From Okamejei kenojei (lineage: Eukaryota), in NCBI GenBank assembly GCA_035221665.1, contig CM069132.1, forward strand, positions 62,930,001 through 62,994,000: DNA of 64,000 nt, in the 5' to 3' direction. Under the pieces are notes generated by a model, which did no database searches, was not told the DNA's origin, and saw only the letters and a program-made list of their open reading frames with translations. The first letter of the stretch is position 1; every line of letters starts with the position of its first letter. Of this stretch, positions 1 through 11,725 are shown piece by piece. Position numbers and translations under genes: made by a program.

Positions 1-442
1 CCTTCACCTTTATCACACTCAGGCTGATGCTTAATAGGGTGATTGCTATTTACTTTGAACTAACAGCTAATCTGTTAATGATTGATTTTAAATTTCTAAA
101 GCTATTTGTCTCTGGCAAGAGTGTGTGGCAGTGAGCAGCAGTCTTAACCCCACTGATGAATTGGTATGGTAAAGAGGTATGCTTTGAATCCAGCATACAA
201 GGCTGCCGATAAAAATCACAAAGTCATTATTATTAGCACTAGCTGACAAAACATGGATAAAATTTTTACTAAAAAAAGAAAGCGATTAGGTTGTGCAAGA
301 GCAGGGAAGGGTAGTCAGGCAGAGGGTATTGATAGCTTGACTTGCTCCATTAATATTTCACGAGCTGGAGCTGTAGTCCCACTTGGCCCGGTGAGATACC
401 CTGGCTCCATCTGCTGTCAGCCATAGCAGGCCGAGCAGGAAG

Positions 443-457
443 CCAGCTGGGGGCAGC
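443..457 (+). promoter_or_regulatory. CTCF-like motif
   Basis: CCAGCTGGGGGCAGC, one mismatch to CCASYAGRKGGCRS. Confidence 0.35.
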
Positions 458-884
458 GACCATGAGGTCCCACAATGGTCCATTGACCTTTCCGTGAGGC
501 AGATATCATGTGACAAAGATTGGCGATCCCAGCAGATGCATTGGAAATGGGAGAAAGTGTTAAATATAACCAGGTGGACATTGATGAATTGACACTGCAA
601 AAATCGAACGCTTCAGTAATCAGCCAATAGATCTGATATTACCAACATTTTTCAGTTTTGTCCAAACCCATTGAGAGTGGCACTTCAGCCACATCAGTTC
701 CTATTGGCTGGCCTTTTCATCTTTCCGCAGATGTCCTGATTGAAATCTTTATTTCCTCATTGGTTTTGTAATTCTTTATATAAGGTGGAAAAAACAGAAA
801 TCCGAAACCAGCTTTGAATAAATGTTTTTTGGCAGGCAGGCAACAAGCACTGGCGGACACATAAAAATAGACATTTGCATTCAA

Positions 885-932
885 CACACACATACAAATG
901 TATACATATATAAATATATATGTATGTATATA
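885..932. repeat. Compound CA/TA/TG microsatellite
   Basis: cacacacatacaaatgtatacatatataaatatatatgtatgtatata. Confidence 0.7.
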
Positions 933-2049
933 CAGCATGACTAGGCCACATTCATTAGCAGTCAATGGATTAATTGTACTGTAGCATTCAAATCCCAGGG
1001 TGGACATATTGTCGCCTACATAGAAACAAAGCTGCAGTTGCTGTGCATAATTGGATCATTCAGTTGGTAATACAGGGGCTTACAGATCAGCTGGGGACAC
1101 TCCATTTGAATATCAGTTCTGCCATACTGAGGCAGCACTGACAACTTCATTACCTTCACATATAAAAATGACTGCAGGGTAATGCAAATGGCTCTCAGTC
1201 ATACACGCAGTTTGCATGCAGGCAGAGGGCATCTTGAGACATCACCAGGAGCAAGACAGCTTTTGTCCAATTTAATAAGCAATATTCAAAAAGTATTCCT
1301 CCTACTCTCAATTTATTATGAAGTCCGGTGCCCCAGCCTTTCAGAATTTCCGAGGGGGGTGACATCCCCCGGTGCCACTTGCTGTCAGTCAGCGAGAAGT
1401 GGAGTTATTGTTTCTACACTCCGAATTTATAATGAATGTTAAACAAATTTCTTGCTGCCTGACATGTGAATACAATTACTATTACAGAAATGTCAAGTGA
1501 ATATCAGTATAAAGATAATATTTATCACCTTTGGACTTGCAAATCGATGATAGGGGAAAAAACACTGTCTTTGTGACTGCTGTTGATTAAATGAGACACA
1601 AGTATCAATATTTTACTTATTTCAGAGTAGAGACTTCATACAATTGCATTTCACTCAATCATTTATTGTGTCTCCGAAAAGAATGTATCAGACTACCAAT
1701 ACATTCTGATTTATATACAGATTGAGGCCGAATATGTATTCTGCATGTATGATTCTCTTTTCATGTTACAAATAGATGTTGCTGTCAGCCTTCTTCCATT
1801 CAAAGAGCCCGGTAGAGCCCCCAGCTGGTAATAGTCCTAGTATATCACTTTTATATGATATATCGATTCTAATCCAGCATACCTATTTCATTTTTTAAAG
1901 AGACAATGTCCTTTCCAGTGACATATGACCCACTACAATTTTCATTGCAATTCTAAAAATTAACAAAGCACCAAAAGTAAACACACGCATGTACATTATG
2001 AACCTTGTAGAATGAATATCTGCCTTTAAATTCAGGGCAAACTATAGAT

Positions 2050-2200
2050 AGCAAAAAAACAAACTGCTGGAGGAACTCAGTGGGTCAGGCAGCATCTGTG
2101 GAGGGAAGATGTCTTGCATCGGGGCCCTGCTTCAGACTGATGGAAAAGAGGGGAGATGGTTGATAGGAAAGGGGGAGGGGAAAATGCAGACAGTTCATTA
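2050..2200 (-). mobile_element. Penelope-like terminal-repeat fragment
   Basis: tgctggaggaactcagtgggtcaggcagcatctgtggag...cttcagactga, same family as 2350-2480 and 47505-47650. Confidence 0.6.
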
Positions 2201-2349
2201 AAAAAGGAACAACAATGAGGCAGTCGTATATCAGCGTTTTCTCACTCTCTAGGGTCCCCTTTACCCAGGAAATTCTTACCTCAATTGAACAGGCATTCCT
2301 TAAACAACTGTCTGCATTTACACTCCCCCCTTCCTCCTTTTATCAACTG

Positions 2350-3500
2350 TCAAGACACAAGGAACTGCAGTTGCTGGAATCTTGAGCAACACACAAAGAG
2401 CTGGACTAACTTAGTGGGTCAAGCAGTATCTGTGTTGTGGACTGACAACATTTTGGGTCAGGGCCGTTCTTCAGACTGATTGTGGTGGGGGGGGGGGGGG
2501 GGGGGGAAGCTGGAAAAGAGGTGTGAGTGGGACAAAGCAACTGATGTGTAGAGATAGACACAAAAAGCTGGGGTAATTGAGCGGGTCAGGGAGCATCTCA
2601 GGAGAAAAAGAATAGGTGCCATTTCAAGTTGAGACTTTTCTCCAATCTGAAAAAGGGTCTTGACCCAAAACGTTACCCATTATTTTTCGCCTGCGACGCT
2701 GCCTGACCCGCTGAGTTACTCCAGCTTTCTTTGGTGTAAACCAGCATCTGCAGTTCCTCCCTACGCAAGTGATAAGTGGATACAGGTGAGGGGAATTATA
2801 TTGGCAGATAGGTGGATAAATCAGAGATGAAAAGAAGATTCAATAGTTAGATAAGGAGAGAAGAGGAGTGAAATGTAATGATACAGGGAGGAATATATGT
2901 GATAGGGAACACGGGGCAAAAGGGGGAAAGAGGGGCAGTATATTGGGAGAAATGGGTGCACACCGAGGTGGGGGTGAGGAGAGGGGATAGGTTGGGCATT
3001 ACTTAAAATTAGAGAATTGAATGTTCACATCATTGTAAACTACCCAAGCGGAATATGAAATGCTGTTACTATAGTTTGCATGTGGCCTCACTCTGGCAAT
3101 GGTAGAGCCCCAGGACAGAGAGGTCCGTATGGGAATGGGAGTTAAAATGGTTCAAACTGGAAGATCCAACATTCCTTGGTGTAAGTGTACATCAAAATGA
3201 TCGCCTTGTCAATGCTTGGTCTCTCCGATGTAAAAGAAACCACATCAGGAGGACTGAATGAAGTAGATGAGTTCAGAGGAGGTGTATGTGAATCTATGTG
3301 TCATCTGGAAAGGCTCCTGGGTGCCTGGATGGAGGTAAGAGAGGAGGTGTAAGAATGGGTGTTCGGGAGCAGTTTGGGTGGGAAGGGATGAGTGAACCAA
3401 GGAGTTGCGGAGAGAGTGGTCTTTGCGGAAAGTGGAAAGGGGTGGAGATGGGACGATGTGACAGCTGATAAGATCTTGTCAAATGTGGCAAAAATATTGG
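2350..3500 (-). mobile_element. Decayed Penelope-like retroelement (GIY-YIG end plus terminal repeat) with nested fold-back copy at ~2555-2765
   Basis: Minus-strand translation at ~3180-3298: RFTYTSSELIYFIQSS*CGFFYIGETKH*QGDHFDVHL (LIY...YIG endonuclease); terminal repeat with degenerate CTGAnGA...GAAA core. Confidence 0.85.
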
Positions 3501-3529
3501 AGACATTATTCAGTTTGAGAATGAAAAAG

Positions 3530-3900
3530 ACAGGTTTGAAGCTAGTGTCTTAAAATTAAATAAAGGCAAAGATACGGATAGGAAGAGTTGCCTTTTGTTG
3601 ATTGGGAAAATTGATTAAAACAAAGGGACAGAACTACAATGGGACATAACTGAGCCAGGTACTAAAAACAGAGGAAGATAGAAACGTCTTCACATAGAGT
3701 GAGGTGACTCACTGTAATTCTCTGCTCCAATGGGTGGTGGTAGCTGGATCATTATCAGGATTTAAAGTGGATGTAGATAAATATTTGATAGATCAAGGAA
3801 TAGAGGGCAATGGAGAAATGGAAGAGGAATTGAGTCCACCGTAGATCACCCAGGATCATATTAAATGGTGGTGCGTGGAGGAAGGGCTCGATAGCCTTGC
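3530..3900 (+). mobile_element. Old CR1 LINE fragments (internal piece plus 3' end)
   Basis: Degenerate [15 protein letters not shown]-type 3' sequence and UTR (ggatcatattaaatggtgg). Confidence 0.6.
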
Positions 3901-3919
3901 TGCTGTGCCCATGATGGCT

Positions 3920-4350
3920 GCAGCCCAGGCACACGCGCTCTACCATCAGAAGCATCCATGAGGTATTGCTCAAGAAGGAAGTATCTATCATTAAGGATGC
4001 CCACCATCTGGGCCATGCCCTCTTCTAACTGCTACTGTTGGGCAGGACATGTAGAAGGCTGAAATCACACACCACCAAGCTCAGGAACAAACACTTCCCT
4101 ACAATTATCAGGTTCTTGAACAGACCTGTAAAACTCCAATCCTTCCTTAGCAATGGAATACGAGAGAACATTACTCTTGAACTGCATCAATTTGCTTTCT
4201 AATCATGTTTTGTATTAATTTCTGTTTTTTGCACAATTTCTTTCTTCACTGTCTTGGAAAATTTATGTGTAATTGATGTATAACTTTGATTGTCCTATTT
4301 TGTCTGCGTCTCTGTACCAATGATGCTGCAGCAAGCAATATTTTTGTTGT
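3920..4350 (+). mobile_element. Rex1/Babar-type LINE 3' fragment
   Basis: Translates to IIKDAHHLGHALF*LLLLGRTCRRLKSHTTKLRNKHFPTIIRFLN, typical C-terminus of this clade. Confidence 0.7.
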
Positions 4351-4376
4351 GATGTGACAGTTGTAAGGCCCCAGTT

Positions 4377-4990
4377 CATAGGTCATAGAAACAGAATTAG
4401 GCCATTCAGCCCATCAAGTCTCTGCCGCCATTCAATCGTGGTTAATTTAACTTTCCTTATCAACCCCATTCTTCTGCCCTCTCTCCATAATCTTTGATAT
4501 CCTTACTAATCTAGAACCTATCAATCTCCACTTTAGAAATGACTAAAACTTGGCCTCCACAGCCAGCTGTGGCAATGAATTCCACACTCTCTCCAAAGAA
4601 ATTCCTCCTCATATTTCCAAAGGTACGTCCTTTTATTCTGAGGCTGTGCCCTCTCGTCCTAGACTCTTCTAGTGGAAACATCCTTTCGTGTGCTGCAATG
4701 GTAAGTCAAATTTCACTGCACCAATTGGTGTATGTGATAATAAATGTCCTTTGTATCCACTCCATATCCACTCAATTCAGGCCTTTCACTATTCGGTAAG
4801 TTTCAATGAGGTCCCCCCTCATTGTACTAAACTCCAGTGAGTACAGGCCCAGTGCCATCATACGCTCATGATACATTAACCCAGTTATTCCTGGGATCAT
4901 TCTCATAAACCTCCTCTGGACCCTCTGCAACACCAGAACATCCCTCCTCAGATATGGGGACCAGAACTGCTAACAATACTCCAAATACTC
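4377..4990 (-). mobile_element. CR1 LINE 3' end, with a ~65-bp foreign LINE tail inserted at ~4690-4755
   Basis: Tail cataggtcatagaaacagaattaggccattc; RT C-terminal ERVQRRF / LYSLEF motifs on the minus strand. Confidence 0.85.
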
Positions 4991-5364
4991 CACGCCTTTA
5001 TTCCCACTCCCAAAGTGATAGGGGATAACATCGATGGTTGGCATGAACTCAATGGGCTGAAGGGCCTGTTTCCATACTGTATTCTTCAATCAATAAGGCA
5101 AGTGGCATTTGGCTGGATTATGCTGGAGAAAGTGTGGCAAAGCTCATGCTTTCTCATTTCAAATTCAATTGCTTTCTCAGAGTATTGCAAATATCTTATA
5201 TTTACCTGCTATTTCTTCATTGGGTTCATATCTGAGTATTTCCTCCCATCCATCTCACAAGTGGGCAAAGATAGGGTAGACAGTCAGAAGCTTTTCCCCA
5301 GGGTGGAAATGTCAAAGGGTAGAGGGCACAGTTTTAAGGTGAGAGGGGTAAAGTTTAAAAGAGA

Positions 5365-8300
5365 CTAGACAAGTGCAGACCCGTTGGGTCTGGTCCCCCA
5401 ACATGAGGTTGCGGGGGGGGGGGGGGGGGGGGGGGGGGCAGCATGTGGCGTCACACATGCTAACTACCCCCCTTGATATTATATTAATATTATTAATTTG
5501 CTCCTTTTACCCCATAACCGCCCTATCCACTGACGCATAGCCCCCAACTTGCAGGCATGTCTGGGGGGGGGGGGGGGGGTGTAGAGAGTGAGGGCAGAGA
5601 GAGAATGGGGAGAGAAAGAGAGAGTGGGGCAGAGACAGAGGGAGAGGGGGTGAAGGGGAGGAGGAGAGGATGGGGGGGGAGGTGGGGGAGGAGGGGAGAT
5701 GGAGATGGGGAGAGAGTGGTGAGGGGGAGAAGGGGAGAGAGTGGAGAGGGGGGAATGGGGATGAGGATGGGGAGGGAGGAGAGCGGGGAGGGTGAAGCGG
5801 AGACTGGGGAAGGGGGTGGGGGGGAAGGGTGGTTGAGGGAGGTAGAGGGGTGGGGGAAGGGGAGGGGAAAGGAGTGGGGAAGAGTGGGAGGGGAGAGGTG
5901 GGGAGGAGAGGGGGGGGGGAGAGAGGAGAGGGAGAGAGAGAGAAGGGGGAAAGTACGGGGAGGGAGGGGGAGAGATCTTCCACCCCTGTCCCATTGTGAT
6001 ATCATATGTAAATGAGATCCATTGTGATTTTTTTTTTAAATTTCAAAATATACTTTATTCAAATGATAAATATATACAATACATTAACCTTGCGGAAAAT
6101 CCATCCGACATTTTCGGAGGCTGTACAATAGATCAATACAGTTTAGACATTTCCTTTCCCCAAATTTCCACAAATCAGTCCCCCACTCGTGCCACAATGG
6201 CGTGGGATACCTTCCCTTATATTGAGGGGCGTCTCCACCATACCGTACCCCCCATGTCCAGCAGCGGAAGGACCCTACACTGTGGCCCTCCCCCACCGAG
6301 CCTTGGCGTTGGCTGCACCGAGCTTCAGTGCGTCCCTCAGCACGTACTCCTGCAGTCTGCAGCGGGCCAGTCGGCAACATTCCCTGACGGACATCTCGCT
6401 CTGCTGGGTGGTGAACAATGCTCGGGCAGACCAAAGGGCGTCTTTCACCGAGTTGATGACTCTCCAGCAGCACTCGATGTCAGCCTCTGAATGTGTCCCT
6501 GGGAACAGTCCCTAAATCACCGAGTCCTCTGTGACGGAGCTGTTCGGGATAAAGCGTACCAGGGACCCTTGCATTTTTTCTCCAGACTCTTTTAGCAAAC
6601 CCACTCTCTGTAAAGAGGTGGGCAATCGTCTCCTCTCCATAGCAGCCGTCCTGAGGGCAGTGTGCGCTGGCAGTGAGGTTCCGACGGTGCAGGAAGGATC
6701 TGACTGGGAGGGCTCCCCTCACCGCCAGCCAAGCCAGGTCTTGGTGCTTGTTGGTGAGTTCTGGCGATGAACAGACAAGCTGGGCAGTCTGCTCAGGGAA
6801 CCACGCCACCTGGCCCATAGAGTCCTTTCCCTGCAGTGCCTGCAGGACATTCTGTGCTGACCACAGCCCGATGGACATGTGGTCAAAGGTGTTGGTCGGG
6901 AAGAACCCTTCCACCGACAACAGATGGGGCGGCAATGTCCGGCTGACTGGCACATTGCGGGCACCTGCGCCAGGCCCATCCTTCTCAACACCGGGGACAG
7001 GTAGAACCTCAGCAGGTAGTGACACTTGGTGCCCACGTGCCTTGGCTCTACACTCCGCCTGATGCAGCCACACACGAAGGTGGCCATCAGAATGAGGGCA
7101 ACGTTGGGCACGCTTTTACCCCCGTTGTCTGCTGACTTGTACATTGTGGCCCGTCGCACCCAGTCCATCCTCGACCCCCAGATGAACTGGAAGATGGCCC
7201 GGGTGATCCCTGTGGCGTATGAGGGAGGGACAGGCCACACTTGTGCCAAGTACAGCAGCCCTGAGAGCACCTCACACCTGATGACCAATTTCTTTCCCGT
7301 TATGGAGAGGGAGCGTTGCCTCCACAGCTCCAGCTTCCTCCCCACCCTGGCTATCCGCTCCAGCCAATTCTTGTTACACACCTTAGCCCCCCCGAACCAG
7401 ATCCCCAGCACCTTCAAGAGGTTGGGCTTGATGGTGAAGGGGACGGAAGATCTGTCGGGCCAGTTGCCAAAGAGCATGGCCTCGCTCTTCCTGCGGTTCA
7501 CCCTGGCTCCCGTGGCCGACTCAAACTGGTCGCAGATACTAATCAGTCTGCGGACCGACCCTGGATCCGAGCAGAAGACAGCGACATTGTCCATGTACAG
7601 GGAGGTTTTTACTTGAATGCCCCCACTGCCTGGCAATGTCACTCCTCTTATGCTCGCATCCTTCCTGATGGATTCAGCAAAAGGTTCAATACAGCAGACA
7701 AACAAGACAGGAGAGAGAGGGCAACCCTGCCTAACTCCAGACCTTACAGGGAAACTGTCTGATTCCCACCCATTGATTTGGACGGCACTACGGATGTTGG
7801 TGTAGAGCAGTTTGATCCAATTTCTGATTCCCTCCCCAAAACCCATTTTGGAGAGCACGTCCCTCATGTACGTGTGCGAAATCCTGTCGAAGGCCTTCTC
7901 CTGGTCCAAGCTGACTAGGCAGGCATCCACCCGTCTGTCCTGCACGTAGGCGATGGTATCTCTCAGCAGCGCTAGGCATTGTGATTGTACATCTGTGAGA
8001 TGGCGCTGTGACTCATGGAGCAGTTTGATTTTAGTGGGACCATGTGAAGGTTCCAATCTCCCACCCCTGTCCCATTGTGATGGCATTTGTAAATGAGATC
8101 CATTGTGATTAGACATATGTGAGATGGCACTGTGACTCATGCAGCAGTTTGATTTTAATTTTTTTAATGTTTTGTGAACAATTTTATTCAAAGTCTGGGG
8201 AAATAATTGACCAAATCTAGAGAGGAGTGGATTTCTGAAACCGTTAGTTAAATCCCTACCAAAATATGTAAAAATCGCCGCGTTTTTGCGTCTGGTTTTT

Positions 8301-8372
8301 GAGGAAATGCGTTTCAAAGGCAAAATGACACACACCCACACACCCACACACAGAGTTTTAATAGATATATGA
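5365..8372 (-). mobile_element. Non-autonomous Helitron (~1.05 kb once the nested Tx1 is removed)
   Basis: Minus strand A|TC...CTAG|T, no TSD; perfect hairpin CAGACCC-GTT-GGGTCTG at 5376-5392, ~11 nt from the CTAG end; internal purine tract and two ~125-bp tandem units. Confidence 0.9.
6030..7976 (-). mobile_element. 5'-truncated Tx1-clade non-LTR retrotransposon (RT to zinc knuckle, AATAAA, poly-A)
   Basis: SLDQEKAFDRISH, SGVRQGCPLSP, YMDN (catalytic D lost), CPQDGC..ETIAHLFTES; frameshift near 6960; poly-T at ~6028-6037; 10-bp TSD cattgtgatt at 6020-6029 and 7977-7986. Confidence 0.92.
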
Positions 8373-10479
8373 TGTGCGGGGCAAGTTTTTTTTTTACACA
8401 AAGAATGATGGGTGTCTGGAATTCACTGCCAAGGGTGGTGGTGGAGGTAGATACAATAGTGGCATTTGAGCGGCTTTTAGAAAGGCATATGGATGCAGGG
8501 AATGGAGGGCTATGGGTCACTTGCAGGGCAGAGAAGATTAGTTTAACCTGTTTGGTATAGACACTTTGGCTGAAGTGCCTGTTCCTGTGCTGGTACCGGT
8601 CTAAGCACAGGGAGTGGGAAGAAGAGGCTAACCACTTTGACGGGACCTGATCAATAGTTGCTGCCATGCACTAGTTAATTCGCCAATGGTCTCACTGGTG
8701 CAAGCATCATGGAAATAAGTTCAGCAGTCATGAGAGATGTAACCTGATACTCTTGAGAACAAAAACACAGGAATGGAAGATTGGGTAGCGTTGTCCCCGT
8801 GCAGGTGGGAGAAATGGCCTTGATACCAAGTCTCAGGAGCTTTCATTTTGCGGGACAGTGATTTGGAAGCAATAATCTCATTGCACGCACCAAAACCAGT
8901 GATAGATCAAACATTAGTGCATATACTGATAGTCAATAGGTCATTCTATATCTTTTTTTAATTTTCTTTGCAACCACCAAACAAAATGGTTGCCTCAACT
9001 ATTTAAATCTTAACATATAACATTTAGAACAATGTATTGGTTCCCCCTATGATTCTTTCCCCTTCTGCAAGTTTCATTCATCCATACTATTTTTCCCCTT
9101 TTAAAAGTTTTAGTACGTCAAGTTTCTTTTAAGATGTTTAAGTAGGTTTATATTTCATCAGAGGGCCTCTTTTTCTTTTAATAAATATCACAGAAGTAAC
9201 CAGAACACCATGGATTGTTATATAGCACCACTCAAAATGAAATCAGTTAATCACACAGTTTGAGTTTCTCCCGTCCACAGTCTGTAATGGAGGTCCTGGT
9301 GAATGTTTTCTGCTGTCACCACCAGTGCAAAACTCCAAGTACTGGCAACTGTTGAACAGGCAACACATCAGCTCACTCCAGACTTTCCAGCCCCACCCAC
9401 CTTTAACGTGAGATGATTGTCTCAAATGCTAGGCATATCAAGAAGGTTTTGGGCAAGGGCTATTACTGGGAGCGGCTCGTCCCAGTATGGCTCTTCAGGT
9501 CATAAGCACATTTAAAAGGGAAAGAAAATCCATCTGTCTTTTGACTTTTTTTTTAAATCTGCTTTTCTGGACTTTGAAATAAAGATCATTATGTTAATAA
9601 AACCTTCAGTCAGTGTTTCTGTGAGGCGGAGTGCATACATTCACTGCCGGTGGCTGTCGCCAGCAATGTACTGACACAGGAAACCATCAGGCCCATTCAT
9701 CAAATAAATTGCCATTTTATCAAGTTTTAAATGTTTTATATTTGTTTTATTTTCGTAACAGCTATCCAATTTTAATTTAAATAATCAAATTTAGCATCAC
9801 GTCTAAAGTACTTAAAGGACTAAAGCCCAAGAAATAGCAGGAACTATCTCAGAGGTAATTGTAGAAAACCTTTGTGCGGACTATTGGATTTGGATGAGTA
9901 TAATTAAATTGAAAAGACATTATTAAATGGACGTACTATGAAACATTTTTTGTGTCAAAGCTTGTTAGAAGCCAATGGGACAAATAGGAAAATACAATCA
10001 CTTTTGTGTGTCCTATTTGATAATGCAAAGACTGTTTCTTTACTGGGCATTAATGACTAGCACTCCCTCCTCTGTGCGTCACTGCACTTGTCATATTTTA
10101 AAACAAACATCAAGAAAAGTAATAGTTTGAACATTGCTTTAATTGCTAGCAACATTAACAATGTTGTTCTATTTGTTTGAGAATGTGACCTATTTAAAGC
10201 GTTGGATAAGTGTTAACCGACAGCCAGGAATATTTCTATCTGACATTCAGATGTCACTTAAATTGTACAAGGGACAGGGGAGCAGCTCGTTCCTCAGCAG
10301 AGTTTTTTTCTAGTGGCCAAGAGCAAAAATGGCACAGGGCACAATAAACTCGACCCAACCACTCTGATGTGGTGTGAACCAATAATGGTCACCTCTGGCA
10401 AGTCTGCTGAATTTAAGCAGTACTTAGTTTGGGGGATAGATCAGCCTTACTATCTTAAATTTATCTGTTTATATCCGAT

Positions 10480-11050
10480 TAAGAAGGCACAGATTATAAT
10501 GTTTTTTACTCAAAAGAAGTTGTACAAAAGTGAATGAGATCTCATGAATATGCAAGGTTTTGGTCAGGCCACATCTGGAATATGACATGGCATTTTAGTC
10601 TTATAACCTAAAAAATGATTTTAGGATATGACCTAAGGTTGCTCTGAGAAAAGAAACATTGGACTATGCACCCTGGAGCAGAAGAATAAAAGGGTATTTA
10701 ACTGAGTCATGCACACATTTGTAAGGGATTGGCAGTGCAGATGTTGAGAACCGATTTTCCCTGGTCAAGAACCTAGAACTAGATAGTCAATAGATATGTA
10801 GTCAGCCATGAACAATGGCAATGAGGGGAAGTTTCTTCATGCAAATATTTGGAATTCTTAACCTCAGAGGGGAGTGTGGTCACTTGGTTGTTGAGTATAT
10901 TTAAAACTGATACAATAGATTTTCAGATATTGAGAGAATCAAACAATGTGACAATTGTGCAAGGTAGTTAGAAGAGCCACAATATGCAGAATCACTTGGA
11001 ACAGCAGAGTAGGCTTGAGGGGTCATTTGACCCACTCCATTCGACCTAAA
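10480..11050 (+). mobile_element. Old CR1 LINE 3' portion
   Basis: Degenerate LVRPHLEY (ttggtcaggccacatctggaata) and 3' UTR. Confidence 0.7.
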
Positions 11051-11510
11051 CCTTCTATTTCTCATTTATACAGAACATTTACAGCTTTGGTTAACTCTAA
11101 ATTGCACACATTTGGGGCACATGTAGGCATTTTGGGAAAGAAGTCATGAGAATATTCCATTGCTGTATGGTTATGTCAGACTGGAGGGAACTTTATTCTT
11201 TAATGGACTATACAACTACACTCCCAGTACTCTATGTTTATTTTTATCTTGAGAAGATTGAAAATGCATTGCATTTATTAGCTATTGTTTTAAATTAGCT
11301 TATGAATTAAAAATACAGCAGAAAATGTGATGTAAAATTTAAAAAAAATAAAATATTTAAAATGTAAATTAAAATCTTAGAAGGGTCTCAGCTGGATTAG
11401 CAGGATGAGATAGTAAGAAATGTGGGAGGGAGAGGGTACATCTGTGGGTGATAGTTCGTGAGATGCAGAATGAAGACATGACAAGCAGTTGGGAAGACAA
11501 ATAATAATAT

Positions 11511-11725
11511 CATAAGATCATAAGTGATTGGAACAGAATTAGGCCATTCGAACCTTCAAGTCTACACTGCCATTCATTCATGGTTGATTTATCTCTCCCT
11601 CCTAACCTTATTCTCCACATTAGCACTGACACCTGTACTAATCAAGAATCTATCTATCTCTGCCTTAAATATATCAACTGACTTGGCCCCCTTCTGTACC
11701 AAAGAATCCCACGGATTCACCACTG
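11511..11725 (-). mobile_element. CR1 LINE 3' tail
   Basis: cataagatcataagtgattggaacagaattaggccattcg, same family as 25238-25800. Confidence 0.8.

Larger units (their letters stand above)
1..1450. promoter_or_regulatory. Candidate conserved non-coding element / enhancer block
   Basis: No recognisable TE; TGATTGAT (~78), TGACA sites, octamer ATGCAAAT (1182-1189), CTCF-like motif. Conservation not tested. Confidence 0.3.
5258..8602 (+). mobile_element. CR1 LINE 3' end split by a Helitron (pieces ~5258-5364 and 8373-8602)
   Basis: DRVDSQKLFPRVEMSKGRGHSFKVRGVKFKR(D) resumes as (D)VRGKFF..TQRMMGVWNSLP after 8372. Confidence 0.9.

Noticed and set aside
5479-6015. Pro-rich / Gly-Glu-Arg-rich ORFs (also 51389-51813 and 13342-13621)
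   Set aside because: Artefacts of G/A low-complexity tracts that lack stop codons.
6719-8401. 560-aa ORF as an intact or domesticated reverse-transcriptase gene
   Set aside because: Chimeric read-through: the first ~140 aa come from CR1 and Helitron sequence; the Tx1 part is 5'-truncated, has YMDN for YxDD and frameshifts near 6960.
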